This document shows positions 1 to 12,446 of a stretch of 64,000 nt of DNA, one piece after another. This DNA comes from Eledone cirrhosa (taxonomy: Eukaryota): contig OZ024740.1 in assembly GCA_964016885.1 (NCBI GenBank), positions 194,990,001 to 195,054,000 of the forward strand, read 5' to 3'. The position numbers were made by a program, and so were the translations under genes. Below the pieces are notes generated by a model. That model had not been told where the DNA came from and ran no database searches. It saw only the letters and a list, made by a program, of their open reading frames with translations. Every line of letters begins with the position of its first letter. Within the stretch, counting starts at the first letter, position 1.

Positions 1-1289
1 GTTGAGAAAAAAAATTAAAAAATGCTTTATTGAATATTGGTATTGGTTTGAATCACCTCAAAGGTACTGTGATATGTTATTTTAACCATGCCTCTGTTTA
101 TTACTAGCTCATATCCCATCTTTTCTTAATTAAGTTGAGGGGAGGAATGATGATTTTGTATTGAATAAAGATTGATGCATTATATTGAATAAACGACAAG
201 ACAAAATAAGTTAGTGTGAGCTTGTATCATTTCCCTGTTCATACATTTGTATATATTGACAGATATATTACAAAATACAGTCATGTACACACACTTACAC
301 GAGCAGAAAACCCCCTGGAAGGCAGTTTTTCTGCCAGTGTGTATACATATATGTTTGACATTTTGTTTTTGTAATTTATCAGTGTTTATATTACCAATTT
401 TTAATGTTTCAATATACTGTATAAATATCTTGCCCTACTCTTTGTTTTTATATAACTATGTATGTATATTCCCACTTGTCTTTGTAAACCCCATTTTGTA
501 ACATTTTATTGTATGTATTGATGGCCCCTGCTGGCAAGAAAAAATGACTACTACAGCTACTACTATTCTATCAAAGAAATAAGTTAAAAATAAATCAAAA
601 TAACTGAAGAGGTATTACAGAGAAGGGAATACACATATACACATAATGCAATATTCTAGAAATATTCAAAAGGTTTTCCTAATAGCACTTTTCAATAAAT
701 GTTGTTCTGTATTGTTTGAAGAGAAAGACATTACAGTAAGTGTCTTAAAGGAACAAACAAGCTTTATATCTTATACATCAAAAGAAAATATACATTAGTC
801 TTTGTTGTGACAAAAACAACAATAAAACAATAACATCCATAGGAATTTATTTCATAAATTACTTTTTATTGCCCTCATCTAGTATTTCTTCCATAAATTT
901 GCCTGAATTTCAGTGCAATTCCAACATTTGATTTATCTAATTTTGCCTTAGTCTCACTACAATTTCAGGCTTTGTTTTTATCTGATACTCTAATATTAGT
1001 ACAAATCCATAAAAACATTATTATAATAGTATCCCCCAACTTCAAGAATTGTAAGCACTATCATATTTTGGTGAGGACTTAATTATATTTTTTTTACGAG
1101 AAATAAACAGAACCATATCAAGAGATAAATGACAAAATTTGAATGAATCAACCTGGAAAATTCTGCCTGGTGACTCAACTTACTGAAATAGTAGCTTAAC
1201 CTCTCAAATTACACTCCATAGCCTTTAAAAAAAAGAGAAAGGAATGTTGGGTAATGTAGTCTGAGATATATTATTACAATATTGCTTCT

Positions 1290-1685
1290 ATATGAATACA
1301 ATTTCAATATCTGTTTTGTTTTATCCTATCTTTATCTCATTACAATCTACCACATATCTCAATATAATTTGAATCTCTGTTTTATCTAATCTTGTCTCTA
1401 TCTAAATAAAATTGGAATCACTGTTTTGTCTAATCTCATCTCTATCTCAATACAGTTTGAACCTCTGATTCATCTAATCTTGCCTTTAAATCAATAGAAT
1501 TTGATCTTCTGTTTTATCTAATCTTACTTCTGGTTTAACAAATTCTGCCTTTCCAATAGAACTTCAATATCAATACAACTTGAACCTGTGTTCTATCTAA
1601 TCTTGCTTCTATGTCAATACAATTTCCACCTCTGTTTTATCAAATCTTTCCTGTATCTCAATGCAATTTCAACATCTGCTTTAGA
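1290..1685. repeat. Degenerate minisatellite, ~44-bp unit
   Basis: Recurrent TCTCAATACAATTTGAAYCTCTGTTTTATCTAATCTTG-like units with register points at 1361, 1405 and 1449; a related unit lies near 910-990. Confidence 0.75.
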
Positions 1686-2020
1686 TTTGTTTTATTAGAG
1701 AATGCAACCAAACAGAGGCAGTTTGAATTAATATTTTGTAGTTGATGACATGCAATACTATAGAGAAGATATCTAAATTTCTGGAGGGAGAACCAAATTC
1801 AGAAATTCATTTTGATTTATGGCTGGAGCCATTTTGCTTGTTTTGCATCAGCCACTAATACCCAATTGAAGATTCAGGAATGCTAAAACATATCCCATAT
1901 TTCTATAAGCAATAAATAAATCTATGGTCTGCTTAGTCAGAATGAATCAGCACTTACTAGTTACAAAGGTTCTAAACTCCACCCCAATACACACACACAC
2001 ATTTACATATATATATATAT

Positions 2021-2544
2021 AATCGCTTTTTAATTTATTATTTAAAAGATTGTTTGATAATTGCTTGCTCCGCTCATTTTTATAGTTCTGGTATCTCAAA
2101 TTAATACCATCGAACCACAACTATTATAAACACCATGCATATTTCTATAGGTACCTAGTGCCTGTTGAAATATCCATACCCTTTTATGATTTTTCTTCTT
2201 ATGTAGAGAACAAAACGTTGTATCGCGCTGTTATTTTTAGTGGCATGATCAACAAGTTTATAATAACCAGCTTTTACTTGTGGCCTAATTTTGCATGTGC
2301 GTCGCTTTAACGGCTTGACTGCATGCATCGGGCAGTAAGCGAAATATTGACTTACTATGAGATTTGCACCCTTATGGTATGGAATTAGCTGTCTGAAGAT
2401 CTAATTCTTTCCATTGGAAATTCTCTGGATTTCTAATCTTTTGATTAGTGAAACCGTCGGTAACAGCAATAGAACAGATGAATATTTAAATCGTTTTTTA
2501 ATTTATTTAAAAGATTGTTTGATAATTGCTTGCTCCGCTTATTT
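2021..2544 (+). mobile_element. Non-coding hammerhead-bearing element with ~56-bp terminal direct repeats (retrozyme-like or PLE-derived)
   Basis: AATCGYTTTT...GATAATTGCTTGCTCCGCTYATTT at 2021-2079 and 2489-2544; (TA)n on both sides; internal HHR; no ORF in the track. Confidence 0.75.
2384..2470 (+). ncRNA. Type I hammerhead ribozyme
   Basis: Stem I GCTGT/ACAGC; core CTGAAGA at 2393-2399; stem II CTAATT/GATTAG with inner helix ATTGGAAATTC/GGATTTCTAAT; GAAA at 2450-2453; stem III ACCG-T-CGGT; GUA cleavage triplet ending at 2462. Confidence 0.85.
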
Positions 2545-2553
2545 ATATATATA

Positions 2554-2707
2554 TGTGAGTCCTGGGTTCATTCGGGGGTAACCATAGTAAGGTACTCAAT
2601 ACATTAGTTGAATGTATACAACAAATTTACTATAGAAATGGCTTCTACAGGACTAGAACTGTTTTATTCGAAGGAAATCATCAGGAAAGCCCTGATGATT
2701 TCCTTCT
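2554..2707 (-). mobile_element. Short TA-flanked repeat with HHR-like core and terminal foldback (family also at 53762-53918 and 41270-41372)
   Basis: The reverse complement aligns by eye to 53762-53918 (CTGATGATTTCYTTCGAATRAAACAGTTCTAGTCCTGTAGAAGCCATTTCTATA...GGACTCAC). Confidence 0.7.
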
Positions 2708-3113
2708 AATAATAGCATACAGTATGAAGCGTCTTAAAGCTTTGGATACTAGTCTTTCACTAGAAAAAAAAGGATCTTTCAAGAAAGAATAGAAAGGAAA
2801 GAGAGAAAAAGGAAAACGGAGAGAAAAGGGAAAAAGAAAGAAAGCACATGTGTGGTTGAATGTTGTCAGGATTTCATTTTTAACTAACATGAACCTGGGA
2901 TTGATTAAATAAGGTCAATTAAATAAGGTCAATTAAAATGACTACCACCACCAACTTTTTCTAAAAAATGTTATTTCTATTTGAAAACAATATATATATA
3001 TATATATGTAGGTATTGAAGTTTCCGTTGAAAATAGAAAAAAATCATAGGAGTGAAGAGTGCTCTATGTAAGTACCAGAGCAAAATTTAATGTATAAAAA
3101 TCAATACAAAATA

Positions 3114-3191
3114 ATTACCTCATTACCAGAGGTTTCCCGAATAAGACGAATACGAAAGAGACATCTTCATTCGTTCGTCGGACGAGGCAAT
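3114..3191 (-). ncRNA. Type I hammerhead ribozyme motif (core variant CCGACGA) in the PLE 3' region
   Basis: Minus strand: ATTGCCTCGT-CCGACGA-A-CGAATGAAGATG..CGTCTTATTCG-G-GAAA-CC-TCT-GG-TA-ATGAGGTAAT; 10-bp stem I with two G-U pairs. Confidence 0.75.
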
Positions 3192-4365
3192 ATAAAACAT
3201 AGATACATATTTTGAAAGTCTCCTCAAGAAATGCAAGAAAAATTATATATATATAGATGAAGGTAATACAATAGACATATAAAATATAAAATATATAAAA
3301 AAATATTTTAAGAAATATATTTAGGTGTGTGTATATGTATGTATATACACTCACAGATATACATATGTATATATGTATAAATGCGTGTGTATAGTGAAAA
3401 TGTGTGCGTAAATATATGTATATATGTAACGATAGACACACACATGATATGAGTGTCTGTTTGACAGATATACAGAGAAAACAGGGTGTTAGATACATTA
3501 TAAGAATATGAAGGCACGCGTATAAACACACACGCACGCGCGTACACTTATATGCGGAAGAAAAAGGGGTAAGGGAATGTAATAGTAAAAAGAAAGTATC
3601 AATCTCGATATAAATATAAAAATGGAACAATAAATTTGCAAAGTAAAGAAAAGAAAACAAACAAGGTACACGCGTACATACATATATCTATAAAAAATAT
3701 ATATATATACACACGCAAAAGGTGCAGACAAAAGCGTATGCAAACGTACATACACACATAGGATGCACATATATATATATACATATACATCGCCCCGTGT
3801 ATATCTAATACGCATACGTACGCAACTGTATACACACACAACACATACACACACAACACATACACACACATAAATACATATATATATATATACATACGCA
3901 CACATACACATCCATATATGCAGTACGCACACACTCACACACACACACATATATACACTCACGCACGTTGACCCGCTAACATGCACGCACATAAAAATAA
4001 GAATGTACAAAAACATAGATGTAAAGACACAGATATAAAAACACACATACAAACACATATATATATACACGCACGCGCGTGTACATACGGAGGCGTTCGT
4101 GTACATATACAGAAAGTATACACACGTAAAGATGCTCAGACACATAGATACAGGGTGTAAAAACAGCCTTGTGAATGAGTGAGTGCAAATATAAAAATAT
4201 AAAACTGGCTGCTAAATAACAGAAAATATCTGGAGTGGAAAACGCAAATGACTTGTGTAATCAGGTAGTGAAGAAAAAAGGGAAGTAAAAGGTGGAAAGT
4301 GAAGAGATTAGGTAGTGAATCGGAGAGTAAAGTGTGTGGGGGGGGGGTTAGTGGTGGATGTGAAG

Positions 4366-4449
4366 TAAAAATAAAAATAAAAATAAAAATAAAAATAAAA
4401 ATAAAAATAAAAATAAAAATAAAAATAAAAATAAAAATAAAAATAAAAT
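4366..4449. repeat. (TAAAAA)n hexanucleotide array
   Basis: Read directly; accounts for the KIKIKI ORF. Confidence 0.95.
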
Positions 4450-4525
4450 TAATAATAAGGTTAAAAATGAAAGTAAATCAGAAAAGGTAGTCTTAAAGCG
4501 AATAATTTGAGTGAAGAATAAGAGC

Positions 4526-5725
4526 TTATGGAGGATAAGTATCTGAAAGTGTGTTAAGTTTATATGAGCTGGAAAGCAGGTGTGATTTCATGTGTGGGCA
4601 ACTGGTGAAAATTTCTGTCTTTGTGTTTAGGCAGGTCTTTGGTGATTTAAGGTTTTGTAAAATCCAATATTTTTCATTTATGCAGAGCGTGCATTTTCTT
4701 GTTTCTCGTGCATATTCTTTAGATTGGTTCAAAATTGACCAATCCAATTTATATTGGATACCTTGGTCTTTCAAATCCCATATTCTACTAGCCACAGCTG
4801 TTGTAAATCTTTTTTCTGGGTGTCGAAAGAATGCGACATGTGAGTAATAACGCGTTTTGAATTTGTCTTGCGTCATACCCACATATCGTTCACTGGTGGC
4901 TGGTTGGTTGTTGCTGATGGTTGTCACTTTAGCCGCATATACAATGGCTTTGGTGTTGCATTTACCTTGTAATGGGCATTCACTTTTGATTCTACAGGAG
5001 CAATGTTGATGTTCTCTAGGTGATTTTTTGTTGATTATATAAGATTTAATAGGGGGACCGCAGGAGTAGCTAATTTTGACACAGTTTCTGTTAAAGATCT
5101 TATAGTATCTATGTGTTCTAGGGAAATGTTTATCTAAGAGCTCTAGGAATGTTTTGCCTACATTAGTTTTAACTGCTAGAAAATAGGGGGGTGTGAACCA
5201 GATTATTTTTCTTTTCCTGTTATTATGTTTATTAGAGTTAGTATAGTTGGGTATGTATTTAATCAGTTCGCTAAAACCGCTATTTTGGAAGGCTTTATTA
5301 TAGTAGGGGGATGCCTTATTGAAAATAGCTTCTGAGGAAGAGAGGGTGGAGATCCTACGGCTAATATTAGGGATAAGGTTTTTAAAAACTATAGAAGGAT
5401 GGCAAGAGCCTTTATTTATATATTTTAAATTTTCATTAGGTTTATGGTATGGTTTATAAGAAGCAGTAGGCAAATCTAGGTTTATATCTAGGAAATTTAC
5501 ATTAGAAAGGTTAGTGTCAATAGTGATTTTAAGATTAAAACTAGCAAAGGTTTTTATTAGGTCTTTCCTTAATCTATCTAAGTTATGGCCTATGGTAGTA
5601 AGGGAAAGTATTAGACCATCGTCACGATAAAGCCCCAAAATATGATTAGGGAATTTTTCTTTAAATGTGTGTAGGAGGAATAGGCCGACTAAATCACAAA
5701 CATCAGCACTGTCATAAGAGCCCAT
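4526..5725 (-). CDS. Penelope-like RT C-terminal half, Cys-rich linker and GIY-YIG endonuclease (5'-truncated; frame continues upstream toward 5799)
   Basis: MGSYDSADVCDLVG (RT5-like), GLYRDDGL (catalytic DD), VNFLDINL, YHKP, IIWFTPPY, CSCR..CPLQGKC, IVYAAKV..YVGMT..FKTRYYSH (GIY-YIG), CTLCINEK, CPH. Confidence 0.9.
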   Translation of the reverse strand: MGSYDSADVCDLVGLFLLHTFKEKFPNHILGLYRDDGLILSLTTIGHNLDRLRKDLIKTFASFNLKITIDTNLSNVNFLDINLDLPTASYKPYHKPNENLKYINKGSCHPSIVFKNLIPNISRRISTLSSSEAIFNKASPYYNKAFQNSGFSELIKYIPNYTNSNKHNNRKRKIIWFTPPYFLAVKTNVGKTFLELLDKHFPRTHRYYKIFNRNCVKISYSCGPPIKSYIINKKSPREHQHCSCRIKSECPLQGKCNTKAIVYAAKVTTISNNQPATSERYVGMTQDKFKTRYYSHVAFFRHPEKRFTTAVASRIWDLKDQGIQYKLDWSILNQSKEYARETRKCTLCINEKYWILQNLKSPKTCLNTKTEIFTSCPHMKSHLLSSSYKLNTLSDTYPP

Positions 5726-5815
5726 TGAGACATCGAATGGGCTCTCTGGGTTAGATATTTTTACCCAAGTGTCATTATCAGTAAAGAGTAGAGTGTTTCT
5801 ATATATATATATATA

Positions 5816-6063
5816 TATGAATGTATGTATAGTATATTTGGCAATATACTGTATATTTAATTAAAAACATTTAGAAGAACTTTCGCAATGAGTTTTAAAG
5901 TAGTGACTATGTCACTTATTTATTCTCAGCAAAAACAACTGTTGTTTGTTTTTGTCGAGAATAAGTGACATAGTCGCTACTTTAAAACTCGTAGTGAATG
6001 GTCTTCTAAATGTTTTTAATTAAACATACAGTATATTGCCAAATATACTAGACATACATTCAT
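5816..6063. repeat. Imperfect foldback palindrome (~120-bp arms) between TA arrays
   Basis: ATGAATGTATGT-TAGTATATTTGGCAATATACTGTAT... is mirrored by ...ATACAGTATATTGCCAAATATACTAGACATACATTCAT; axis near 5940. Confidence 0.9.
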
Positions 6064-6092
6064 GTATACATTGCTATTTCAGAGCACCATTA

Positions 6093-6129
<37 letters not shown>

Positions 6130-7379
6130 TCAAAGAGATAGCGGTCATGCATGTGTATGTGTGTATGTGTGTGTGTGTGTGTACGTGTTTGTGAAACCAG
6201 TCTAAACTAATGCATCAAAATACACTCTCTTTATATCAAAAGTTAATTTAACCATTTGAAAAATATAGTTCAATAAAATATATGCCAAACTGAAGTACTG
6301 GTGTTGATATGATGGAATAAACATGCATGAAAGTGATGCTCCAGCATGGCCAATAGCTTAATGTCTGAAACCAGTAAAGAATAAACAATAAAACATATCT
6401 ACAATGATCTAACCTTTTATTACCTTCATTAAAGTGCATGTGTTACCCTCCAAGTAGTGATGCAGATACTGCAGCATTATCAATTAGTTTTGCTCTAGAA
6501 ATGTTTAGTTAATTCATTAGCATACCTTGGAAAATTTAGCAAAAAAATTATAGATTTTGCATAAACTGCTTATTTGAAATTATTAGCAGTTAGATATATA
6601 AGGTAGTTGGCTGACAGAAATGTTAGTGTATTAGACAAAGGGCTTGTGTTAAATGCTCTGGCTCTTTGCATTCTGTGTTCAAATCCCAATGGGATGATTT
6701 TTTTTTCCTTCTATCTTTTTCTCCTTCTTGTTTCTCTCACTCTCTCAGAACCAGCTAGACTATCGACATCGTTACCTAACTGAGGGATTCCAATAATAGG
6801 TGAGGTGACACATTGGTTGGGAAACATTGTCATAACATCAATGACATGGGCGGATCCTACACTGAAGCAAGACAAATGCTAAAAAAAGAAGATAAGTAAT
6901 TACATGGCCCATCTTAGAAACATGTATCTGTTTAGTCATAAAAAACTAGTTATGCAGAAAGTGGTACATATTTTCAATTAGATTGACAGAAATGAAATAT
7001 GTTACCTTCAAGAAGCATGTCACAATGATTGTTATAATTCTTGTTGTTATTTAGCACCACAATTACCCTTATGTATTTTAGTTATGACAACCAATCTTTT
7101 TGTGTATACATATATACACATTTGGCTCTACACATGACGATGCTTTGGGATCACTGGCTTTGGATGACCCTGCACTCATTGTGCAAAAGCAAAAATAAGT
7201 AGATATATACACTACACATGCACAAACACATTTTATGATAGCACCAGCATGAGTGAAGTTACTTTGAAATATGCAAGACTAAGCATATTCACTATACTGC
7301 ATATTATAGAACTATTATGTGAATAACTATCATTTGACATGTATTAACTGTGGCTACTTCAGTAATAAGGTCAGGCTAG

Positions 7380-7720
7380 GCTTCTGACTACTACTGGTAC
7401 CATGTAAACCAGTACAACCTGCTTCATGATCGAGTTGTTGGAGACTAAACTGGCTCTCCCATCAGACCCTGGTCTGCTGAGAAGGGCGAGTAGAACCCCA
7501 GCAGCACAAAAAACAAGAGCTGTTAAAGGATGGATAAACTCCCCAAAGTCAACAGCCATCCACCCCAACTCTGGGTTAAATAGCCTCATCAACCTGTAAT
7601 TGGTCAAGTGTAGTGAGTATAGCTACACGCCTGACCTGACCAAAACCAAGCAAAAAGTGCAGGATGTCAACCAAGGAGGGGTTCCCCCAACAGGAGTAAG
7701 AAAACCATAGATTGGATTGG
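7380..7720 (+). repeat. Unclassified interspersed repeat with (TTGGA)-like tail; related copies at ~45365-45660 (-) and ~47770-47960 (+)
   Basis: Shared TAAATAGCCT..CAAC, GGCTAYACCCCTG and GTCAAYCAGGGAGGGGTTC..CAACAGG motifs. Confidence 0.6.
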
Positions 7721-8689
7721 ACTTCAGTAATCTACTTTTTCATATATTTTTTTACATAAAGGCAATAACGTAAACTGAAGTGAACTGAACTAAAATATTT
7801 GCTTGAAACTATTTTCATAGTTTTGAGAACTCTGCTAAGCTTCCAGTTTCTCAACAGAATACAAAGATGTATTGCAGATAGATTAGTGAGTAAACTAATA
7901 TATAGTAAAGTTGAAGAAGAGTTGTTGTTTTTGAATTACTGACTAACCAGACACTAGAATCCTTCTCCTGGGTCTTACAAGATTGATTTGTTATATTAGT
8001 AATAAACAATGATAACACAAAACATGGTTCTGTAAAAGCATGACTTCAGTGTAGATAGAATGGCTAAATATGCAGAATACAATTGCTTGGAATTTTATCC
8101 AATTGAGAAAAATGTCTTGATAAAGAAATAGATTTCCACTAGAAAACAATTCAAGAGCAAACACATTATGTAAATGTTCTATTGATTACAAATGACAGCA
8201 GTCAGTGATCTGTAAGAGATAGTCTTCTGAGCAAAGGCTGTCTTTCTTACTGATGCTCTCTTTAGTGACACGCTGTACACTGCAATAAAGACAGTTGCCA
8301 TATTTACTTCAATATGTGACAGCATATTTAATGTTTAAAATATATTTATAATTAATATATATATATATATATCCCTGACTTTTTGAATACACTTAGGAAT
8401 ATAATCCAAATATTATATTACAAGAAAACTAAATATGTTTTAGGTAAATATGCTCTTCTAAGCATTAAATAGATCAAGACATACTGAGATATTTGGTATA
8501 TGTAGCACTCAGTGGCTACCATATGCTTTACCTGATAGTAGAAAATAATTCACATTTGATAACAGAGACTAATCCATATTTTCAAAAGCCCCGTTTTTCA
8601 GTAGATATATGGAGCTCCATTGATTTTGACAATGTGTATTCCAGGTGGTCAGTCAACAGAAAGGTCTTCTTTTCTGCCCACTTATTCTT

Positions 8690-9500
8690 GGGAGGGTCAT
8701 GGAGGTAAAGTTTTCAAGCATGTATTCCAGTGGATCCTGTCAGAAGCAACTGTTGCCAATTGATCTGGATATCCCCAAATGCGAGCAGCTGAGCTCGTGG
8801 ATGTTACCCAACCATCTGCTGGGGTCTACGCCTGAGTCTCCTGCCAATTGGTTTTGCCTGTAAAATCTATCCAGTGATTTTTTTTCCTGAGACATTCTGA
8901 CCATATGGCCATAGTATCGGAGCTGTGATAACCCAATTCAGAGTAGCAGCTCTGCCTGGAGTGAATCCCTGATCTCCAAGCTACACACTATCGAGTACCA
9001 TTGCTCCAAAGACCCTTCGGAAGAACCCCATTTTGGCCGCTTGTATTTGTGATCATATTCTTTCAGTCATTACCTACAGGTAACGGTTGGCACAAATACT
9101 GAATTGAAGTTAAGAAAGAGAGGACTTTGGAATTGAGCTGGAATCCTACTTCAAATCAGCAAAAAAAGTATACTGGGAGTCCATAAATCAACTTCATAAT
9201 AAGAAGACTTCCTCCACACATGCTATCAGGAATGTGTCAGGGGTTCTCCTCTCTTCAGAGACGTGTATCCTCACAAGGTTGAGAAGATACTTTGCTAAAC
9301 TCAGTCACAACATCTGATGTACATGGGGTGACTAACTTCTTGGAGATTCATGTCACCAGAGCAATTAAAGAGCTCAAATGTGGCAAGGCAGGATGAAATC
9401 GGGCATGAGATGTTAAAAGCGTTAAATAGGAAATGCATTCTTTGGTTGGCTCATGTATGCTCGGTAGCCTAGATCTCTGGAAAGGGAGCTAAACAATGGC
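8690..9500. pseudogene. Rex3/Expander-like (RTE clade) LINE relics: RT C-terminus on minus (8690-9075), pre-RT linker on plus (9085-9500)
   Basis: Minus translation MTERI*SQIQAAKMGFFRRV; plus AIKELKCGKA..DEI.HEMLKALNR; many stops and frameshifts. Confidence 0.65.
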
Positions 9501-9837
9501 CAGAAAGATCTACTTGTTAAATTAATGTGAAACTGGCTGACTGTTCCTTAGTCCCATGTACACTTAGATTCAATGAGGCACAGTGTCTGACAAAGGAGAC
9601 CTTTGAATTACTGCTACACCATTTAATGGGATTCCACTCAGTTTCCATCTATCAAATTTCACTCACAAAACATGGGTTCACCCAAAGCTATGGTAAAAGA
9701 TATTTGTTAAAAATGCCACACAGTGGGACTGAACATGGAACCACATGATTGTGAAGCAAAAATCTTAAACATTCTACCATATTGCACTACAGCTCTAACA
9801 ATACAAACCAATTATGTTGTAAAGGCTCAAAGAAAAT

Positions 9838-10130
9838 GGAGACATGTGGCATAGTGTTAAGGGTGTTGGACTTATGATCATAATGTTGTGGGTTCAATTC
9901 CTGGACTGGGTTGTGTGTTGTGTTCTTGAGCAAAACACTTCATTTCACACTGCTCCAGTATACTCAGTTGAAAATGAGTACCAGCAATAGCTGGGGGGGG
10001 GGGATTAACTCTGATGGACTGGAATCATGTCCAAGTGGGAGTCTTGGTCTTGTACTTTCAGTCACTTCATGTCACGGGAATCTGGCTGGTGAGCCTCTGA
10101 GCTACAGACAATCTTTAGACTTTAGGCTTC
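9838..10130 (+). mobile_element. tRNA-derived SINE with CORE-like centre; copies at ~22870-23117 (-) and ~25115-25256 (-)
   Basis: A-box TGGCATAGTG, B-box GGTTCAATTCC, followed by GTGTTCTTGAGCAAAACACTTCATTTCAC..TGCTCCAG. Confidence 0.7.
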
Positions 10131-11582
10131 AAACAAATTGCTTTTATGTATTATATTATATCTTTATATCTCTTTACATTCTGATGTCAAATTTGTTTTT
10201 CCTCCTTTTGGAGTTGATCAAATACATATAAGTTAATTACTGAGTTTACTTCTGTGGCATTTTGCCAATGTTATACCTTTGTACTGGCAGACATGTTAGA
10301 AAGTCAGGCAAAATTCCTTGTGGTGTTTATTCTCGCACTTTATGTTCTGAGTTCCAATCTCACCAAGGTGAACATAGCCTTTCCTTGTCCGGAAACATAA
10401 AGCACCAGTCAAGTTATACAGAAAGCATCAGTGGTATCCGAACCTTGCAGGCATGAATTGCATCAAAGCGAATTCTCTTCTTTATCAGTGTGTTATATAT
10501 TTATATGTATAGACACATACATGCATGCACACACACATATATATATAGAGAGAGAAAGGAGAAAGAGGCGGGGGAGAAAGCATGTGCATGTAAATTCATA
10601 CAAATGCACATATGTATGTGAGCATTTATGAATGTAATATGTGTAAGTGTTCTTGAAATATTTTAACAGATATCTATGTTAACGTTAAATTGTTAAATTG
10701 AAATGAAAGAAAATGTTATTCTCATCATCTCTGACATAACACCCACCCCACGACTAACCTACCTGCTCCACAAAAAAAGAAAAAGACAGCAGAAAATTTT
10801 TAAAAAGAATTTTTTTTTTTTTGAATCCTATGTAATACCACAAATTTAAAGATAAGCGGGATTTCATTTGGCATCTAAGTGTTAGAATCTTTACTCAAAT
10901 CTTTGCTTTCATCATCTGCCTTGCTTCCCAGTAATTATTAAAATGGTTGCAGCAGTAAAGGTTTTAAAAAATGATAAGAAAACAAATTATATTTATAAAT
11001 AAATAAGTAAGAAGCAAATGAAAATTTCAGTTGGCAAATTTGCGAGAAATATTCATTTTGAAAAAGAGAAGAATATATTTCAGTGTTGGAAAGATGAGAA
11101 ATATATCTGACAGTTTCTAGGCTGTTCCTCTCTACTGAGATTAAGCAAGCTCAACAAGAGAGAAACAGAAAGGAAAAAATATATATATATATATACATAC
11201 ACGCAGACACACTCACACACACATATATGGAGAGAGAGCGAGAGAAAGGAATGTATGGGACATCAAGCCTAAATATTGAGAAAAGGGGAGAGAAAAAAGT
11301 AAGATTTTTCCTCCTACCAAATACAGCAAAATATAAAACAGTATTATTAACATTTAGATTTAGTGATAATGCTCCTAATTTTTTTACTAAAAATGCCAAT
11401 AAAAATATTTTATAAAATCTGCTTGTGGCATAAATAAATATGGGGTATTTATGTGTGTGTATATATATACACATATATATGTATATACACACACATATAT
11501 GTGTATATATAAATATATTATATATATATATGTACACATGCATATGTGTATGTACAAATATATTATATACATATATGTAAAT

Positions 11583-11618
<36 letters not shown>

Positions 11619-11740
11619 GTTTAACGTCCGTGTTCCATGCTTAATATATGTATATAATATATTTATATATATATGTAAATATATATATATCAACCCATGC
11701 TAGCATGGAAAATAGACGTTAAACGATGTTGATGATGATA
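11583..11740. mobile_element. Two divergently oriented very short RTE 3' tails separated by TA repeat
   Basis: (CAT)n-CGTTTAACGTCC..TTCCATGC on minus and ACCCATGCTAGCATGGAA..GACGTTAAACGATG on plus; the same tail ends the RTE copies at 21770 and 39475. Confidence 0.75.
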
Positions 11741-12407
11741 TAAATATATTTTTTTACATATATATAAATATATATGTGCATGCATAAAGGGTTGGGAAGA
11801 CCCTTCATTCATGTCAAGGACATGACAACCTTCTAAGTGTTGGTGACAAACACGATAAACTTCATACTGAAATTCTCAGGTGTTCAAGCAGTAAAGCAAT
11901 AATCATGAAACACAATTTCCACTAGCGAGGGCACATGATCCATATGGATTAGTGCCAACAGTCAAGGAGAGTGTTTTATAGTGAGCTAAATGTGGGTTCT
12001 GATCAATGAAGTGTTCTTTAGAACCTTGAAGGACTTGCTGTCGATTGGAAGGTGTGGAGGAGAGCTGTATTTGATGGTATGCAACAGTTTGAAGCTGAAC
12101 ATACTAGGCAATGGGATAATCGAAAGACAGCTAGGCAACACTGTCAATTTTGGGCATCCAATAACAATGTGGTTTATCATACATGTCCAGCTTATCCTCT
12201 GATCAATCTTTCACATATTAGACTTATACCAAAATTGCATGCTCATTAGAGATGTGGTCAAGATAGATGTGAGAGAAGCAATGTCAACACCGAATTGATA
12301 ACAGTACATATACATATATACATATATACATACATATACATACATATGCATATATACATACATATACACATACATATACATATACATATATATACACATA
12401 TACATAT

Positions 12408-12445
<38 letters not shown>

Positions 12446-12446
<1 letters not shown>

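Larger units (their letters stand above)
3009..5799 (-). mobile_element. 5'-truncated Penelope-like retroelement (PLE), probably Naiad-like, inserted in (TA)n
   Basis: RT-GIY-YIG ORF, then a long simple-repeat-rich 3' region containing a same-strand HHR; both ends abut (TA)n. Confidence 0.8.

Noticed and set aside
3115-4188. Long ORFs rich in Y/I/C/V/H/T (also 11151-11693, 32921-33399, 43921-44312, 46746-47224)
   Set aside because: Translations of TA/CA/TG microsatellites, which lack stops by composition.
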